43,032 nucleotides of DNA, taken from contig BAAIJX010000100.1 in NCBI GenBank assembly GCA_054600435.1, positions 1 through 43,032 of the forward strand, written 5' to 3'. The notes beneath the pieces are model-generated. The model had not been told where the DNA came from. It ran no database searches and saw only the letters and a program-made list of their open reading frames with translations. This DNA is from Neophaeotheca triangularis. Its lineage: Eukaryota. Positions within the stretch are counted from its first letter, which is position 1, and the number at the start of each line of letters is the position of its first letter. Below, one piece after another: positions 24,400 to 36,445 of this stretch. Position numbers and translations under genes: made by a program.

Positions 24400-27300
24400 T
24401 CGCTAAGACTATCGTCGTAGCATATCCGTCCCCTTCTATCGACTTAGGAGACGCCGGTTACCCCCTATCCTAGAACGTTAATAAAACCGAAGTCACTCCT
24501 AAGGCAAAGGATCTCCTTAAGACATACGAAACAATCAAGCACTATCCTTCGCTTAAACTTGAAGAACTACAGACGGCACTCGCTAGTATCCCCGCCGCGT
24601 CGATAGCCCCTCGACGACCTTTGTCCACTCGACGACCGTCGTCTACCGCGGCTACGAAAGTACCCCTAAAGCCGCGACGAGTCGCCCCGTTAGAGAAAAG
24701 GCAAGTGGCATTACTGCCCCGAGCTACCGAAGCCCCCGTGCCGGTAACCCCGGTCTCCTAAACCCCCGTCTAGAAGGAACCACGAACGGTACTCGCTACG
24801 ATCCCTTCGGCTAGCTTAGCTACAAAAGTACCCCTAGAACCGCAACGAGTCGTCTCGTCGGAAGACAACCAAGCGGCATCCTTGCTACGAGTTGCTGAAA
24901 ACCCCGTACTAGTTACCCCGGTCTCGCAAACTCCCGTCGTCGAAGTCGACTCAATTAGCTCTACGGTTAGCGAAGATCTACTCATAATTAGCCCGCACTT
25001 ACACGGTTTCTAAACTCCGGTCGACTACGGCTAGTACTTGTACAGCTAATCTGCGGTCGAGGACGACTCGCTCCTACATAGTCCCTAAGCAACAGTTAAA
25101 GAGAAGATAGCTAATAACGACCCCGTCCCTCACGAGCCCACTAACTCTACCTTATCCCGTGAGTTAACTACCGACTCTTCTCCCTCGCAGGTCGATACCT
25201 GCCGCTACCTGCCCCATTCCTTTAAGCCTTGCCCGGAAGCGAAAATCGCCTTGCTAAAGGCAAAGGTCTTACCGATCAACTAAGCTCCCCTAATAGTCAT
25301 GTCGGCGAGGGGTAGTTACTCCCGAGAGGAGGCAGGCGACTAGCACTACGACGGTGAGCCCGGTCCTAGTAATTGGGGGCCGAGGGACACTCCGGTAGAA
25401 GATGACAGGCCTGTCGTATCTCTAGGCCTTCTCCGTAACATGCTCCGTGAGGCGGCAGAGGAAGCGAGGATAAGCACCGTAGCCGAGATAGACACTCGCT
25501 TCGCCGCGCTAAGGCGCGAGCTAGGCACGACTAACTCCGACCATTCCCGCTAGGTAGAGGGCCGATAAGACGGCGGAAACATCCGTCGTAGTAATGATGC
25601 CCGTAATAGCGAGCCGCTTAACTACGGGCAATACGCTAGCTTGAATCGTTCCGACAGACTACGACGAGGAGGATTTATGCCCGAGCCGCCCCACTAGCAC
25701 TCGGAAGACTAGCCTTATCGATCGGAAGACCGCCCTTCACGCGGTAACGACGAGTAACGTTAGTAGCGCCCCCGCTCACATAGTAGGCGCCGCGCTCGTA
25801 GCCGCCGTAGAGGTAATCACGACCCTAACGGCTCCGACCCTAGGTCCGACGGCGACCACTAGAACTAACCTAACCGCCGTAACGGCCTAAGCCGCCGAAA
25901 CTCGCGGCCTCGCCGCGATTCACACTAGCCGCGCTCCTTGTTAAGGTCTCGCTCTCGTAATAAAGGCCCTTTCCGCGCTAACGACGTTAGTTTCTTCGAC
26001 CTAAATCTACTAGTCACCGAGACTACCCTAGCCGGAGACGCCGTCACCTACTGCAATAAGACTTATTTTCGTTCTGTCCACTTTTTCGTATAAGCCGCCC
26101 GCGACTACGCTTTCGTCAACTCGGCATCGGAAACTAGACTGCAACTCGGAAAATGTCTTAGAGGGGGGGCATAGTAGTAGTTCATTACCTAGCTGACCGA
26201 CGGAGACAGAGCCTACCTTAGAGGAGGTAGCGGTATTAAGCGATAGGAAGCGGCCCTACGCGATAAGTATAGAGTCTCCGTCACGACGGCGATAAGAAAC
26301 CTTATAAGGGAGGGGTAGACAAAGGAAGATGTTAGGAGCGGGAGAAACCCCTCTGATTTCGTGCTTAGCTACTACAGATAGGCTACCGAAGCTCGAATCG
26401 ACAGCACCCTAGCTCGTCTAGCCTAATGCTAGATGAGAATCACCGGCGAAATGCGAAGGGACATCCTAAAACCGAGCGACTTTACCACATAGGAGTCTTT
26501 TATCCGTGACATAGAAGACGTAGCGGACATATAGAGGGATTTGTACCCCGCCCCCCCCCCCCCTTAATGAACGTAAGTATAACTATTAATATCTAACTAA
26601 TAACAGCACTAGCGGCCGCCGTAATCGAGGCGACAACCGCCGGTCGACTAACACTACCTAGTAACCCTTCGCTCCTCGCGGAAACGCTAACGACCGAGCC
26701 CCTTATTATCTACGTACTAGCTCGAATGCACAGGGCTAAGCCCTAGGCTAGTCAAAAGAGTTCGTTTCTAGGGATGCGCGGGTCGCTTAGGGTGATCGCT
26801 AGCCCTATAATCGCCCTTAGGGCGATCGCTAGCGCACTCCCCGCCTAAGTTAACAATAGCGACAGGGCAATTAGAATCGGTAGGACTAGACTAGGCCCTT
26901 AAACAATCACCTAGAGGACGTAGAAGAGACCGACCACGAAGGAGAGAATGGTTAAGCCGACGACGAAGCAGACGGGGAGCCTAAACTCTTAGACGAAGAA
27001 CCCTAGGCAAACTTTAACGACTTGATTGCGTACGAGGACGACTTCGACGACTACGCGGACGCTACTGACCCGATCGAATGCTACGTAAACGAGGCGTTCG
27101 CACCTAGCCTTATTACGGGAGCTAGAACTCCGGCCCCACGACTAGTGCAAACAAGTGTAGAGCGACTAGCTAAAGTCAAGTGCCTACGGTATAGGAACTC
27201 CTTTAGCTCTAAGAACGCACTCTATAGGCACTTGCGCGTAGAGCATAACGAGAGCGCGTAGCTAGCGGCAGCCCGAGCATTAAGCTCGGCCTAACTCGCC

Positions 27301-30300
27301 GGCGCCTAACTAGACCTAGCCCCGGCCGAGGAGCCGACCGAGGAGCTACTAGTGGTCAAATCATCGGCTCTCGATACATCCTATAACGGCTATGCTTTCC
27401 GCAATTTTCATTTCCTACGCCTCCTAGTGAGGTTAGCAAAGGCCGGCGCCGACTATGCCGTCTACCTCGACACTAGCGTAATAGTTTCCATGATCGACTC
27501 GGATTCCCTAGCATTGCAATTACCAAATATTACGCGACATCGTTCGAAAGTTCCTTTCTAAGTACGCGGTGTCGGCAACAAAATGGCGACCTGTACTCAA
27601 TTCGTCTACCTCCTGTTCTAGATTGTCGCCTAGGCGACTACCGGCCGCGTTTTATACGAAATGAAACACGAATTTCACATAGTTAGCGGGTTGAAGCCGC
27701 TAATGCTGATATCAATAGATGTCATCACGCCGTTAGCGATGAAAATCGACATTCCTAAGAAACTAGTGCATATCGGAGCATGCGCTAACGTAAAAGCACC
27801 GTTACTTGTTAAGCCACGGGACAAAGTCCGCCTCGGTACCTCACTAAAGCTCTCGTAGACGACCGTGATACTACCTAGGTCTTTGGCTAACCTGCTAGTC
27901 GCGTGCCTAGCACTCCCCGTAGGCCGCGACTTTTAGTTCTTACCTTCCCCTAACCTACCGGCGGGTCTCATAGGTTATAACCATGTAGTCGACGCAAAAT
28001 TTTCCCTCGTCATAGTCCGTAATGACACCGACGAAGCGATCTCCCTGCTAAGGGGTATAACTCTCGGTCGCCTCACCGAATAGTAGGAAGAAGACAGCTA
28101 CTACATCGACCTAGAAGATCATTGCCTCGTAGGGCTACCGCAGAAAACCATCTTCGACGGTTTACCGATGACCGACGAGCAGGTTACACTCGACAACGGC
28201 ATCACGGCCTACGGCAGCACATCCCAAATCAAAACGCTATAGAGCCTCCTCGCAGAATTCTAAACCCTGTTCGTGGATAAAGGACAGACCGTCGACATCC
28301 CCCCCGAGCGCTACATGACTATACCCCTCAAGGAAGGATAGGAGACGGCTAAACTTTCGACAAAAGCGTATCCGCTTTACGCAACTGATCGCGAGGTAGC
28401 CGACGAGACACTCGACAAGCTCCGTGCCTAAGACAAGATTGACTTTTCTCGCAAACACACGGCTTTCGGCGCCCTAGTCTTCGTGGTGTAGAGGACTATA
28501 TTCAAGGACGGCTAGCCGGTAAGAAAGGGTAGAGCGGTTGTCGACATCCGGAACCTTAACTAGGTTACCGTTAAAGACAGTTACCCGCTCCCACTACAGG
28601 AGGATTTGCTACAAGCTACCCGAGGCGCTTTAATTATCTCCGTCATAGACGCAGTCGCTTTTTTCTATTAATGGTTAGTAGCGGAGCACGACCGCTACAA
28701 GTTAGCGGTAAATACTCATCGAGGGCAAGAAATTTTCAAGGTAGCGATCATGGGTTTCAAAAACTCCGTCGCCTATATCTAAAGGGAACTAGACAACATA
28801 CTTCGGGAACTGCGGCCTTTCTGCCGCGCATATATTGACGACATAGTCGTTTTTTCTCGTGACCTAGATAAGTACCTAGACTACCTTCGACAGGTGTTCT
28901 TAGTCCTGTCTAGCTATAGCGTTAGCCTTAGCCTATCGAAGACCTTCCTCGGTTTCCCTTTAATAGCACTACTTAGGTAGCAAGTCAGCGGGCTTAGCCT
29001 AGCTACCTATAAAGATAAAGTCAAGTCTATACTCGACCTCAAATTTCCCCGTACCTTGAAAGACCTAGAGAAGTATCTCGGCCTCACGGGATAGCTAAGA
29101 CAAGTCGTGCTATACTACGCCTAAATCACTAAGCCACTACAGACCCTTAAGACCTAGTTGCTAAAAGGTGGCCTAGTTAAAGGCAACGCCCGCAAAAGAT
29201 ACTCTACCACGACCCTTGTCAAAACCGATTCCGACGAGGTACGTAGTAGAGCGTATAGCGCTTTCTAAACGTTACAGAATATCTTTAGAGACACTTAATT
29301 TCTCTATCACCTCGACCTAGCGAGGAAGCTCTATGTCGACGTAGACGTATTAAAGGAGTTCGGTTTTAGAGCCGTCATCTACATGGTCTAAGGAGACCCC
29401 GAGCCAGTAATGACCGGCAACAAGGCAATGCATTTTCCTCGTAAGGATATCTAGCCGATCGCCTTTCTAAGTAAAGGTTTAACAACCGCCGAAAGCCATT
29501 ACTAGCCGACCGAACTCGAGATAGCCGGCCTAGTGTGGGTACTACGTAAGGCACGACATATGTTTCAATCCTTAACCTAGCTAGCAGTCGTTTTCACCGA
29601 CCACGCCGCTATGACCGCAATCGTAACCTAGTATAGCCTAATAACCACTTCCTGTACGGATAAGCTTAATCTTCGCCTAGTACGCGCAAGCTAGTACATC
29701 TCGTAGTTCAATCTCGACGTCAGATACCGACCAGGAAGAATTCATCTAGTCCCTAACGCTCTTAGCCGCTTGCTCGGAGACCTAGAGACACCGGCGGCGA
29801 TGCCCGACCACGACGGACTCGACCTACTAAGCTACAAAGAAGGCTATTAGGGAGCATAGGAGCCGCTCGTTTTTCACGCCACTCTAGTAGAGATGAGCGA
29901 TAGCATGAAGGATGAAATCCGGTAGGGCTATTAAGACGACTAGTTTTAGGCCCCGCGATTATAACAGCTCGTCGACTAGGAGACAAGAAGAGAGCGCGAG
30001 CACGCTAGTGACCGCGCTAGGGAAGCAAGTCAGCCGGATAAATCGGCGACGACTCCCCTATAGAACGACGTCAAGCGCGTAGTAGACAATAACCTGACCG
30101 GGGAAGCGGAATCGAGCCCACTAGGACTCCGTTTCTTCCTCCGTGACGGCCTGATCTACTATAGGGACGAGGAAGACGGCCGCGAGCGGCTATGTGTACC
30201 CAAACCTCTCTTCCGCGAGATCTTCGTAATGGCGTACGACTAGCATCATCACGCTAGATTCTTCCGATCTTACACTAGGATCTAAGCCAGTTTTTATGTC

Positions 30301-31536
30301 CGTAAGCTAGCTCATGAATTGCGGCAGTACATATCGTACTACCTAGATTGCAACCTGTATTAGACACTCCGACACCCGCCGTATGGCGAGCTGCAACCGA
30401 TTGCCATAAGGGCAATCCCCTATCACACCTAAACAGCCGACTAGGTACATGCTTTGCCGCCGATACCGGGAGGCTTCGACTCCCTCCTTACGGTCACCGA
30501 CAGATATACTAAAAAGATACTCCTGATCAAAGGTAGGGCCGACTAGAGCGTACCGGAATGGGCAGTAGCTTGGCTAGAGGCTCTACGCTTTGCCGAGTGG
30601 AATATACCGACCATACTAATTAGCGATCGCGACCCGCTTTAGCTATCGGCATTTTAGAAGTCCGTTTTCTAGAAGCTTAGAACCCGCTTCCTAGCGTCGA
30701 CCGCATACTACCCCTAGACGGACGGGCAATCGGAGAGGACTAATCAAATAGTCGAAATCGCCATGAGGTACTTCATAAACTCTAATCCCGAGACACTATA
30801 GGACGCCGCGCTCTCGCATATTCAATCCTCCCTTAACAATGCACGTAACGCCTCGACTAACGAAATCCCTAATGTCATGATATAGGGCTTCAAGTCAAAT
30901 CTCGACGCCCTTAACCCCTTACTAGAACTTCCGGCGGCTAACTACATAGTACTCCGCTAAGTGGCGAGGGATTAGGCCTCGGACGCGCTAGCGATGGCCG
31001 CGGCAGCAATAAAGGATAGATACGACCGTACCTACAAACCTATCCGCTTTCGTGTAGGCGAAAAAGTCCTGCTAAAGCTATAGAAAGGATACTCCATACT
31101 AGGCTTTATACCCAAGAAGCTCGCGGCGTAGCGGATAGGGCCTTTCACGGTGCTCGAAGTGGTCGGCCGGCTTGTATACAAAATCGACATCCTAGAGCAT
31201 TGGCGAATTCACCCCGTCATATCCGTAGCATAACTAGAACTAGCTCCCTAGGCGCCCGACCCTTATAACAGGACACTAACGGAGATAGGGCCAGTGTGCG
31301 TCGACGACGACGGTTTTAGCGTGTACGAAATCGAACGCCTTATGGCAAGAAGACTCCGCAAGTAAAGTGGGAAAGATGTTAAGTAGTACCTCGTCAAGTA
31401 GAAGTCGTGGGGACCTACACACAACGTCTAGTATAACGCCGTAGACCTGTCTGACGCGTAGGAAATGGTAGCCGAATACGATAGAACCTACCCGGGAGAA
31501 GAAGGCAATGTCGGCATGAGAGGGCGGAGGAAGTAG
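24400..31536 (+). pseudogene. gag-pol of element A (RIP stops); start approximate
   Basis: PR YLDTS ~27463-27477; RT YIDD 28831-28842; RNase H LYVDVD..EFGF ~29329; IN HHCC ~30230-30352, ISDRD ~30619, P*TDGQSERTN ~30712; GPF 31138; chromodomain VYEIERL..YLVK*KSWGP 31321-31490. Confidence 0.93.
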
Positions 31537-32108
31537 CCACTAATGGCTCCCCGTACCGACGACGAGCGGCTCTAGTACCGGCAACACCCTATAGTCGTTA
31601 TCCCGCCGCCCTAAACCGAGAGGTCTACACCGGCTCCCCTACCTACGGTTAGCCCTTACGTAGAGGCCACTCTACCCCCGCTAGAAAGGCGCCTACCTAA
31701 GCCTCGACCTTTAAGGCAGAAGACGGGCGTAGAAGTACGCCGGCAGGCATAGCGCACTACTACGCGTGCCTTTTAGGGTGCTTAAGGCGCCTAACGGCGC
31801 TCTCTTATCCTTATCTAAGAGGCTAGTCGCCCTAACGACTAGACCGAAGTATTCGCATCTCGGCTTAGCAATACCTCATGCTTACCGCTTTAGGCAACAA
31901 CAATAACAATAACAATTTTTCGAAACTTCTAGAATACCGACCTAAGCCCGCGCGTACCTTCGACAACAACTTAGGCGCAACACAAACACAACACCACGAC
32001 CTTTCGCCCTAACCTTCTTCACTACCAATACCCTTAAACCCGTACCTCCTTACCCATAACTAACTACTACCTATCCGTCGTCGACATCAGTTAACGACGG
32101 CGCCCGCC

Positions 32109-35100
32109 ATAATTGCGACCTTACCCTCCTTGCCGGCGCTAGGAGAGCGCGATAACGGTGACTAACCGACCGCTATAGGTTTACCTAACTCCACTTATAG
32201 TGACTAAGAACTAGACCCTACCGGACAAGAGGACGCTAAAAAGGCACCACTACCTCGCGACACGTCCCCTACGCTATAGTGGTAGTCACCGGGACAAATC
32301 ACGGTCTTCGCGTATAGAAACCTACTTCTTCTAGACGCCGACTATCTTCCGGAGCCGGTATACCCTCTCTTACCGGAGGACAGTTAGCTTACGACCTACG
32401 CCGCTACGGTGCTGTTACACGCTAATCTCCCGCGCGAATTCAAGCAAAAGAATTTCGAGACTGTACTCCGCACGGTAGTAGGCGCCTTTAACGCCGACGG
32501 TACCTTCGACGACAATATAACACCTCGTGCTTTGTCCGAGTACCTCTATAACTACTTCCGCTTCACCTACATAAAGAAGCTTACCGGAGGCGTACTCTTC
32601 CTCCGACTCCTATACCTTAGAGCGGACGGTATCTACTACGCCCACGAGACCCTAGACGCCTACTTCGCCCCTAATACTCTCCGACGTAGTGCGGCCGTCG
32701 CCGAGATCGGACTAGACAGCTTCTAAGGAATACTAGCGCTCCGTGGTAAATACTCTACGTAGGCGGGTATCATTAACACCTTTAAGGTCGCCACATTCCC
32801 GGACAACCGTACTCTTACTAAAGCGGAGTACGAAAAGAGAAGGAAAGTCTAGGTGGTCCTAACCTTTATAACCAAGAGGGGTTACGAAGACCGCTAGGCG
32901 CTTGTCACTTAGGGCGCCCTCGCCCCTAACGAGACACTCGAGTAGGCCGCCGCCCGATATAGGGAAGGCGACTAAACCTTGGCCGCGCACGAGATCGCTA
33001 TCTCTGCTAACGACGACTACAAGGAAGACCCCGCGTAGATTAAGCTAAGACGACTCTACTACCTTGACTACCCCGGAACCCCGACAGATTTAACCGAAAC
33101 CGTCGTCGTCTAACTACTCGTAATCAAGAGAGCCGACCTCCCTCTCCGTCTATATTACTACCGTCGCCACCTTTAGCCGGCCGCTATTCGTCACCTATTA
33201 GCCGAGGACTTTAACTAAGTAGTCAGCACCCTAGCCGACCCCGGCTTCTCGTCTATCTTTAGCGCCTTGCTAGGTAAAGGTGCATACCCCGACGAGGAAC
33301 TGGCTCGCATTATAGAGTGCGAACTTTAGGCCACAAACAGGCTCGGTCGTCTTCACTAACTAGCTATCTTGCGAACTCTGTCGGACGAGGCCCGTTTCGA
33401 CATCGCGGTATCAGCTTTTATCTAGCTCCTTTCCTAAGAGAGAATTCGTAACGTCGAGGAAGCCGGCTATAGACACGAGCTCGTCCTTAGAGCTACGGGC
33501 CTAGCGGTACGAGACGTATAACGACCTAGCGCATATATCGACGAAGTCATAGGAGGCGCCGCTCTAAACCCGTTCCTTGTCCTACGCGACGGCGTTTTGA
33601 CAGACTTCTACTTCCTTTACGGAGCTACCCGCCCGGCTAGTCGTAAAGTCAAACGCAAGTATGGTTGCGAGCTTAACCTCGCAAACACACAAGGCAGCTA
33701 CTATTATTCCGCTATCTATTCCCGATAGGGACGCGATAACCTCCCGCCACTACACGCGATTTTAGAAGACTACGACGTGTACTCGCTCATGAAGATATGT
33801 TATAAAGACGAGTTCTTTAAAAAGGACTTCCTCTATACTAACTAGCCCGAGACCTTTAGCTACGAGGGCCTCCCACTACCTATCCGTAGGTAGCGCGGTA
33901 GACCCGCAATCGTTTAGGTAGAGTCTAAGAAGTAGTAGCGCTACGTCTACGTGCTAGGAGTGTACACACTATACGGAGGGGGCTATGTTTTCCACCATCT
34001 TAAGAACATAGCACTAAAGGACGCCGACCGGCGTATCGACATCGACTCCGCGAACTAGGGGAGCTACCTATAGCAACGCCCGGACTAGCCGCCGAAGTCT
34101 AAAACCATCTCCTACCGGTACTAGCTATATAAGAAGCCACTACCACCCTACTTTAGGTAGGAGCCGGACCTAAAGGTAAGGTTCGACCTTATCGATTGGC
34201 CGGAGTACGTCGACGTGGACAGGACCTCGCTAGCGTTACGCGCCTAGCTTAACGAACAGGTAGCGCTACCACGCGACGAGAGGATATGCTACGAGGCGGT
34301 AATTAAGCTTTAGAATAAAGGCAAGAACGAGGACGTCTAGGCAATCGAGCGCTACGAGGGAGAGGAAAAGATAGCGGAACACGTAGATGCCGAAGACTAC
34401 GACGACCTTAACGTACAGCTAATGGACAAGTTCGCCAAGTACGCTCTAGAACCGCCGCTACCCGAGGGCTTCACTACACTAGCCGGCGTGCCTCTTTCCT
34501 CCGGTCGTACTAGCGCCCGTTTTAGGGTGCCTAAAGGCTATAACAACGAAGCCCTAGTAAGCGACGATAGCGACAGCGAACCCCCTAAGAAGAGAAAGCG
34601 TAGCAACTCTTCCGACGAAGCCTCTACCGAAGATGACAAGCCTCCTAGCAAGAAGGCTATAGTAGCTAACCGAAAGGCCGCGAAGGAGCTAAAGGGCACT
34701 AGAGGCGCTTTTAAGACGTAGGAATACTAAATGAGCGGCGCCGCCTCTACGCGCACTCCGCTACGTAAAGTGGACAGGGAGCTTATAGATGACTCCTAGG
34801 ACGGCTATAAGAAGGCCGCTAAGATCTACTATAAGGTAATAGAGGCGTTAACGACGGCGTATAAGGCCGTCATTAAAGCCACGGAAGAACGTGACAACTA
34901 GCTTCGTACTATGCGCGACGTCAAGCGCAAATTCGAGAAAGCCGTGAGGGCAAACATCGCCGATACTAGAAAGGCCGGCAATAGCCACGGGTAGCTACAG
35001 CCTATTAGGAAGCCGAAGATAGACTCCGTATAGGCGGAATGGGCTTACGTCTAGCCGCATGCCCCAATCGACGGCGCCGAGCCCGAGAACGGCGTTACCC

Positions 35101-35474
35101 TAGACGACCTGCTAGCGGTACCGTAAGGTGTTCCTACCGTTAAGGACACCTCGCCCGCGGTAGAGGCAAGCCTTAGGAGGTTAACAAGGGCAGCCCACGC
35201 CCCCGAGCCGATCGTCCTAGTAACGGACGATAAGGCTACACCTAAGCCGAAGACCACTAGGCTAAAGAAGACAACCGGCAAGACAAAGGCAACGAAGTCC
35301 GTACTAAGGGCAAGGAGAGCCGACTCCGCGAGCGACGACGACACACTATAGGAGCGGCCATTAAAGGAAGCTAAGCACATCCCCTCCGTCGCGACCCTAA
35401 AGTAGCGTAAGGCTCGTCCCGACAGTTCCGTCCCCTATACTACGAAGCGTAAGACTAAGCACCTCCGGCTATAG
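32109..35474 (+). pseudogene. Extra ORF of element A downstream of pol (~1,120 codons, RIP-inactivated, unknown function); ends approximate
   Basis: One reading frame (includes track ORFs 32409..32726 and 34422..34721) interrupted by RIP-type TAA/TAG; CGCCCGCC-ATA likely a RIP-mutated start; homologues in B and C. Confidence 0.85.
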
Positions 35475-35984
35475 AGTCTTGCGCTCTTTCCGGCAGCTAA
35501 GGGCGACGGCCTTAGTCATGCTACCCGGCATGGGGTTTTTTGTTTTTTCCTACCCTTACTACCGACAACGTCGTTTACCCTTACTAACGATAACCGCTCG
35601 GGCACTAGCTACCCGATGACAATACGTAGTCTAACCACTACCGTAACTAATCGCCCTCTACTATCTACTTTCTTTTTGACATCGGAATCTCCGATTTTTG
35701 CCTATACCGACGAGGGCGTCGTACTAATTGTTTTGCCTCTATAGCGTAGCCGCTAACCCTTACGGCTACCGGTTACGTAACAAGCGAAAGTCGACTATCG
35801 ACTCGAAGAAAGGCCGCCACTATGCCACGACGCCTCACTAGCGAACCGAGCTAGTACGAGCTATTAGTGCAGTATATAGTCTAACTATCCCTTCTACACT
35901 AGCATCTTCCCTACCTAACGGCCGCTCATTTCCCACTCGACTACTGTTACCCTAACCACGACAATGACTAAAGTGCACGCGAAC

Positions 35985-36250
35985 TGACTCGACCGGACAA
36001 AGCTAACTCGACCTTAAGTCGACCTAGACTCGACCTCGACCGCCAAAGTCGACCTCGTAAAGTCGACTCGACATTAACCGCCGGAGTCGACCTCGTAAAG
36101 TCGACTCGACCTTAACCGCGCGCCGAAGTCTACCTCGTAAAGTCGACTCGACATTAACCGCCGGAGTCGACCTCGTAAAGTCGACTCGACCTTAACCGCC
36201 GGAGTCGACCTAAAGCACTTAACACGACCTGAACAGGTCGACTCGACCTA
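35985..36250 (+). repeat. 38-bp (2x19) GTCGAC tandem array in 3' UTR of A
   Basis: Unit AGTCGACCTCGTAAAGTCGACTCGACATTAACCGCCGG at about 36047, 36085, 36127 (after a 4-bp insertion), 36165, 36203. Confidence 0.9.
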
Positions 36251-36298
36251 ACGACCTCACGAGGGCGTGAGTATCTTTCGAGAGGGGGGGGGGGCAGT

Positions 36299-36445
36299 TG
36301 TTACGGTAGGAGGATCGTGGGCTGCGGTAGGAGGCTACCTGCCCGACAGGCCGCCTGCCCGATACTTAGGGATAGTATCGTACATAGACTTACCTATCAT
36401 CTTACATCCACTTCACATTCTAACCTATACTGTCAGGTCGTAGCA
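36299..36445 (+). repeat. 3' LTR of element A
   Basis: TG...CA, preceded by G-rich PPT, followed by TSD GGTAT. Confidence 0.96.

Larger units (their letters stand above)
23455..36445 (+). mobile_element. Element A: structurally complete 12,991-bp Ty3/Gypsy chromovirus, RIP-mutated
   Basis: 147-bp LTRs, 5-bp TSD GGTAT (23450-23454 and 36446-36450), PPT ~36280-36294, domain order gag-PR-RT-RH-IN-chromo. Confidence 0.96.

Noticed and set aside
26544..26570. Programmed gag-pol frameshift at the C-run
   Set aside because: The frame changes across a 13-C homopolymer, which slippage or sequencing error explains equally well; needs other copies
32109..35474. Extra ORF as an env gene
   Set aside because: No signal peptide, fusion peptide or TM segment visible; an NLS-like motif is present instead
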